A DNA stretch of 64,000 bases from a virus. This document shows, piece by piece, positions 61,122 to 64,000 of the stretch. Both the position numbers and the translations under genes were made by a program. Below the pieces are notes generated by a model, which was given only the letters and a program-made list of their open reading frames with translations, did not search any database and was not told the DNA's origin. The stretch lies in IMG/VR virus record IMGVR_UViG_3300009068_000023; one strand, given 5' to 3'. The number at the start of each line of letters is the position of its first letter. The stretch's first letter is position 1.

Positions 61122-64000
61122 ATGGCAAAACGTGTTATTTTAGATACTCAGTATACATTTACCCCTTCTACAAAGACAATAGTAATCCCTAGAGTCGTTC
61201 TAAGAGAAAGACTATTACTAATTACTAACGTTACTACTAACGCTGTAATTTACAACTTTAGCGATCCAGCACTTACCGCTACAAGCTATACGGTTACGCA
61301 AGGAACGGTTACCACAAACCCAACTACTACAATCGTATTAAATTATAATACCGGTAGTATGTCGGCCACTGATAAGTTGCAGATTGTAGTTGATGAAATT
61401 AGTGAATCATTTATTCCTGACGAGTCTATTATTGACCCAGTAGGTAAGATGAGAATTTCTTCTCCTCAAGCTTTGATTGATACTGACTTTGAATACGGGT
61501 TGCAACCTACAAAGTGGGAAACCCTCTCGCTACTTAACATGCAGCCAAGCTTTTTTGTCAACACACAAACCCCTATTGTAATTACAGATATTCAAGCAAC
61601 AAATGGTTCAACTACGGTTACAGTATCGACAACTACCCCACCTGCGGTTGGCACACCAGTTCTTATTCAAGATAGCTTGTTTACCGGTGGCAACGGGCCT
61701 TTCGTAGTAGATTCAGTATCAGCTGGTACTAATTTCACATATACTGCAAGAACGCCATTTACAGGTTCATCTGGCTCAGTATATAACTCAACATTATCGT
61801 TTGTATTCGCTGGTAGCTTTTATTCAAATGCAAGTATGCCACAAGCAACTGCTATGACTAATAGTGGTGTTGTAGTTACAGTAACTACAACCAACCCTCA
61901 CGGTCTTCAGATAGGCGATGGTATCTATGTAACAGGTTCAACCGCATCATCTAATGCACCTAACGGTACATGGCAGGTTAGTTCGGTACTAAGCAGCACA
62001 TCTTTTAACTTTGTTGTAGTAAATGCGCCATCCGGATCAATTTCCGGTGGCACAATTTACCCCAGACCAGACGGTGTATATCAACATAGAGCATTTGACG
62101 GCGGTGTTCAGTTTACTACAGGCAATCAAGCGCACAATATTCAAACTATTCGTCAAACAAGAAGATACTTTAGATATCAATCTGGCAAAGGCATTCAAGT
62201 TAGTACAGGTACAAGCTTAAAGCCAAACATTAACGTAGATAAGATTACATCGTCTGGAACAGTAGCAACCGTTACTACAAAAGCACCTCACTACATTAGT
62301 TTTGGTACAACTTTTATTATTTCAGGCTGTAATGAAACAGCATATAATGGTACCTTTACAGTAACTTCAGTAGTCAGTGATAACCAATTCACATATAGTA
62401 CATTAACAACCCCCACTGCAACGCCTGCAACTGGTATACCCGCTCTGTCAGTATCTAGCTGGTATGGCGCAACAACCAGAACCGGATTATTCGATTTCCA
62501 GAATGGTGTATTTTTTGAATTTGATGGTCAAACTCTTTACTGTGTAAGAAGAAGCTCAACTACACAATTGTCCGGCTTCTTTAACGTTACTAACGGCTCG
62601 TCAACAGTAACTGGCGCAACCGTTAACGGGGTATCACCTTCACTATCGTCACAACTAGTGCCTGGTGACTTTATAGTTATTAGAGGGATGTCATTCAGAG
62701 TTCTAAATATTGCAAGTGACACCTCTATGACAGTTTCGCCTCCTTATAGAGGAGCAACTCTATCAGGTACGAACGTCTGTATTATTTCTAAGACTATCGA
62801 TACAAGAGTTCCGCAAAACTTATGGAACATTGATAAGATGGACGGTACTGGCCCATCTGGTATGAACCTTGATCTTACTAAGATGCAAATGTTCTATCTT
62901 GACTATAGCTGGTACGGCGCTGGTACAGTAAGATATGGATTCAGAGATACACAAGGTAGAGTAGTTTACGTCCATAGGTTTGTTAACAATAACCAGAATA
63001 CTGAAGCGTACATGCGTTCTGGTAACTTGCCTGCCAGATACGAAACCAATACTATTGCACCATTTACGAATCTTGCAGCAACGTTGGCATCAAGCGCAAC
63101 AACAATGTCGGTTGGTAACACTACTGCATTCCCAACAACTGGTACAGTTTATATTGATAACCCAAGCAATCCTGAGTATGTGTTTTATTCAGGCAAGACA
63201 GCTACAACACTTACCGGTCTTACAAGAGGTAAGGCAGCCACAACCGTAACAATGACAAGAACGAGCGGCAGCTCAACCTTAACATCAACAAACTCAGTAG
63301 CTGGTCTGCAAGTAGGCATGTTAATTTACGGTACAGGTATTCCAAATAATACCTATGTTGCGTCTATTACCACCGGGGCATTTAATACAGTGGTCATGTC
63401 CAGAGCTGCATCAAGCTCAGGCTCCTCTACTTACAGCTTTGCTAATATGGGTAATGCAACGGGAGATGTAACTCATACATTCTCTGCTACTGCTCCTATA
63501 TCAGTGTATCTACATTCACCACAATTCTCACCGACGATTAGCCACTGGGGTACGTCAGTAATTATGGACGGACAGTACGATAACGATAAGTCGTTGCAAT
63601 TTACCTACGGTGAAACAACAACTACCACTGCAATTGCTGGTAACGTTGCTTCAGTAACTATTGGTTCAGGCTCAAATACATTTAGCGTTGTTAATACTAC
63701 ACCGATCTTCCCTGGTATGTTAGTGGCAGGTAGCAATATTCCTTCCGGCGCAATAGTTACAGCCGTGTCCGGCGGCAACCCAAACAACACTATTACAATG
63801 AATAGACAGGGGTCAGGCTCCGGTTCTACAACAGTAACGTACAATAGTGCTGTTGCTCTTGCAACTCTAAGAGTTACGCCTTCAGTTGATTCTGGTGTTA
63901 CTGGTGTACTTGGCTCAAAGGAAATTGTTAACCGTATGCAGCTCACGTTGCAAAACTTGGACGTGCTAGTTAACGGGGTGTTCTTGATTCAGCTAATTCT
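61122..64000 (+). CDS. large virion structural protein, 3'-truncated by window edge
   Basis: GAGGA RBS; reads MAKRVILDTQYTFTP..ERLLLITNVT..IYNFSD..DPVGKMRISSPQALIDTDFEYGLQPTKWE; the same frame is still open at the window end; absent from the ORF track, apparently because no stop lies inside the window. Confidence 0.8.
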   Translation, partial: MAKRVILDTQYTFTPSTKTIVIPRVVLRERLLLITNVTTNAVIYNFSDPALTATSYTVTQGTVTTNPTTTIVLNYNTGSMSATDKLQIVVDEISESFIPDESIIDPVGKMRISSPQALIDTDFEYGLQPTKWETLSLLNMQPSFFVNTQTPIVITDIQATNGSTTVTVSTTTPPAVGTPVLIQDSLFTGGNGPFVVDSVSAGTNFTYTARTPFTGSSGSVYNSTLSFVFAGSFYSNASMPQATAMTNSGVVVTVTTTNPHGLQIGDGIYVTGSTASSNAPNGTWQVSSVLSSTSFNFVVVNAPSGSISGGTIYPRPDGVYQHRAFDGGVQFTTGNQAHNIQTIRQTRRYFRYQSGKGIQVSTGTSLKPNINVDKITSSGTVATVTTKAPHYISFGTTFIISGCNETAYNGTFTVTSVVSDNQFTYSTLTTPTATPATGIPALSVSSWYGATTRTGLFDFQNGVFFEFDGQTLYCVRRSSTTQLSGFFNVTNGSSTVTGATVNGVSPSLSSQLVPGDFIVIRGMSFRVLNIASDTSMTVSPPYRGATLSGTNVCIISKTIDTRVPQNLWNIDKMDGTGPSGMNLDLTKMQMFYLDYSWYGAGTVRYGFRDTQGRVVYVHRFVNNNQNTEAYMRSGNLPARYETNTIAPFTNLAATLASSATTMSVGNTTAFPTTGTVYIDNPSNPEYVFYSGKTATTLTGLTRGKAATTVTMTRTSGSSTLTSTNSVAGLQVGMLIYGTGIPNNTYVASITTGAFNTVVMSRAASSSGSSTYSFANMGNATGDVTHTFSATAPISVYLHSPQFSPTISHWGTSVIMDGQYDNDKSLQFTYGETTTTTAIAGNVASVTIGSGSNTFSVVNTTPIFPGMLVAGSNIPSGAIVTAVSGGNPNNTITMNRQGSGSGSTTVTYNSAVALATLRVTPSVDSGVTGVLGSKEIVNRMQLTLQNLDVLVNGVFLIQLI

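Overview
The window is part of a large T4-like myovirus genome, similar in organisation to aquatic T4-like phages. The host is probably a proteobacterium, inferred from the pqqA gene and the ANDxxY...ALAA tmRNA tag. All family assignments come from recognising motifs by eye; no database search was run. Layout: 1-2.4 kb holds early/accessory genes, including an unlisted pqqA. 2.4-9.6 kb holds two collagen-fibre cassettes. 9.7-13.8 kb holds accessory and lysis genes plus a permuted two-piece tmRNA whose acceptor piece is duplicated. 13.8-16.1 kb is gp33-MTase-gp59-gp32. 16.1-44.6 kb is the tail/baseplate core (gp26, gp54-like, gp2, gp4, gp48, gp53, gp27-like, gp5, PAAR, gp25, gp6, gp7, gp8, VrlC-like). 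44.6-64 kb holds fibre genes interleaved with modification enzymes. Top candidate novel system: a phage collagen lysine hydroxylation-glycosylation module. One ORF (54806-56770) fuses a COLGALT1-like GT25 domain, a PLOD-type glycosyltransferase domain and a PLOD-type 2OG-Fe(II) lysyl hydroxylase domain, directly upstream of Pro-poor, Gly-X-Lys-rich collagen-like fibres. Other strong signals: a classic -1 frameshift cassette at the end of gp26, an in-frame TGA at the core/acidic-tail boundary of gp32, a fibre-like gene flanked by two covarying tmRNA acceptor pieces, and phage-borne pqqA.
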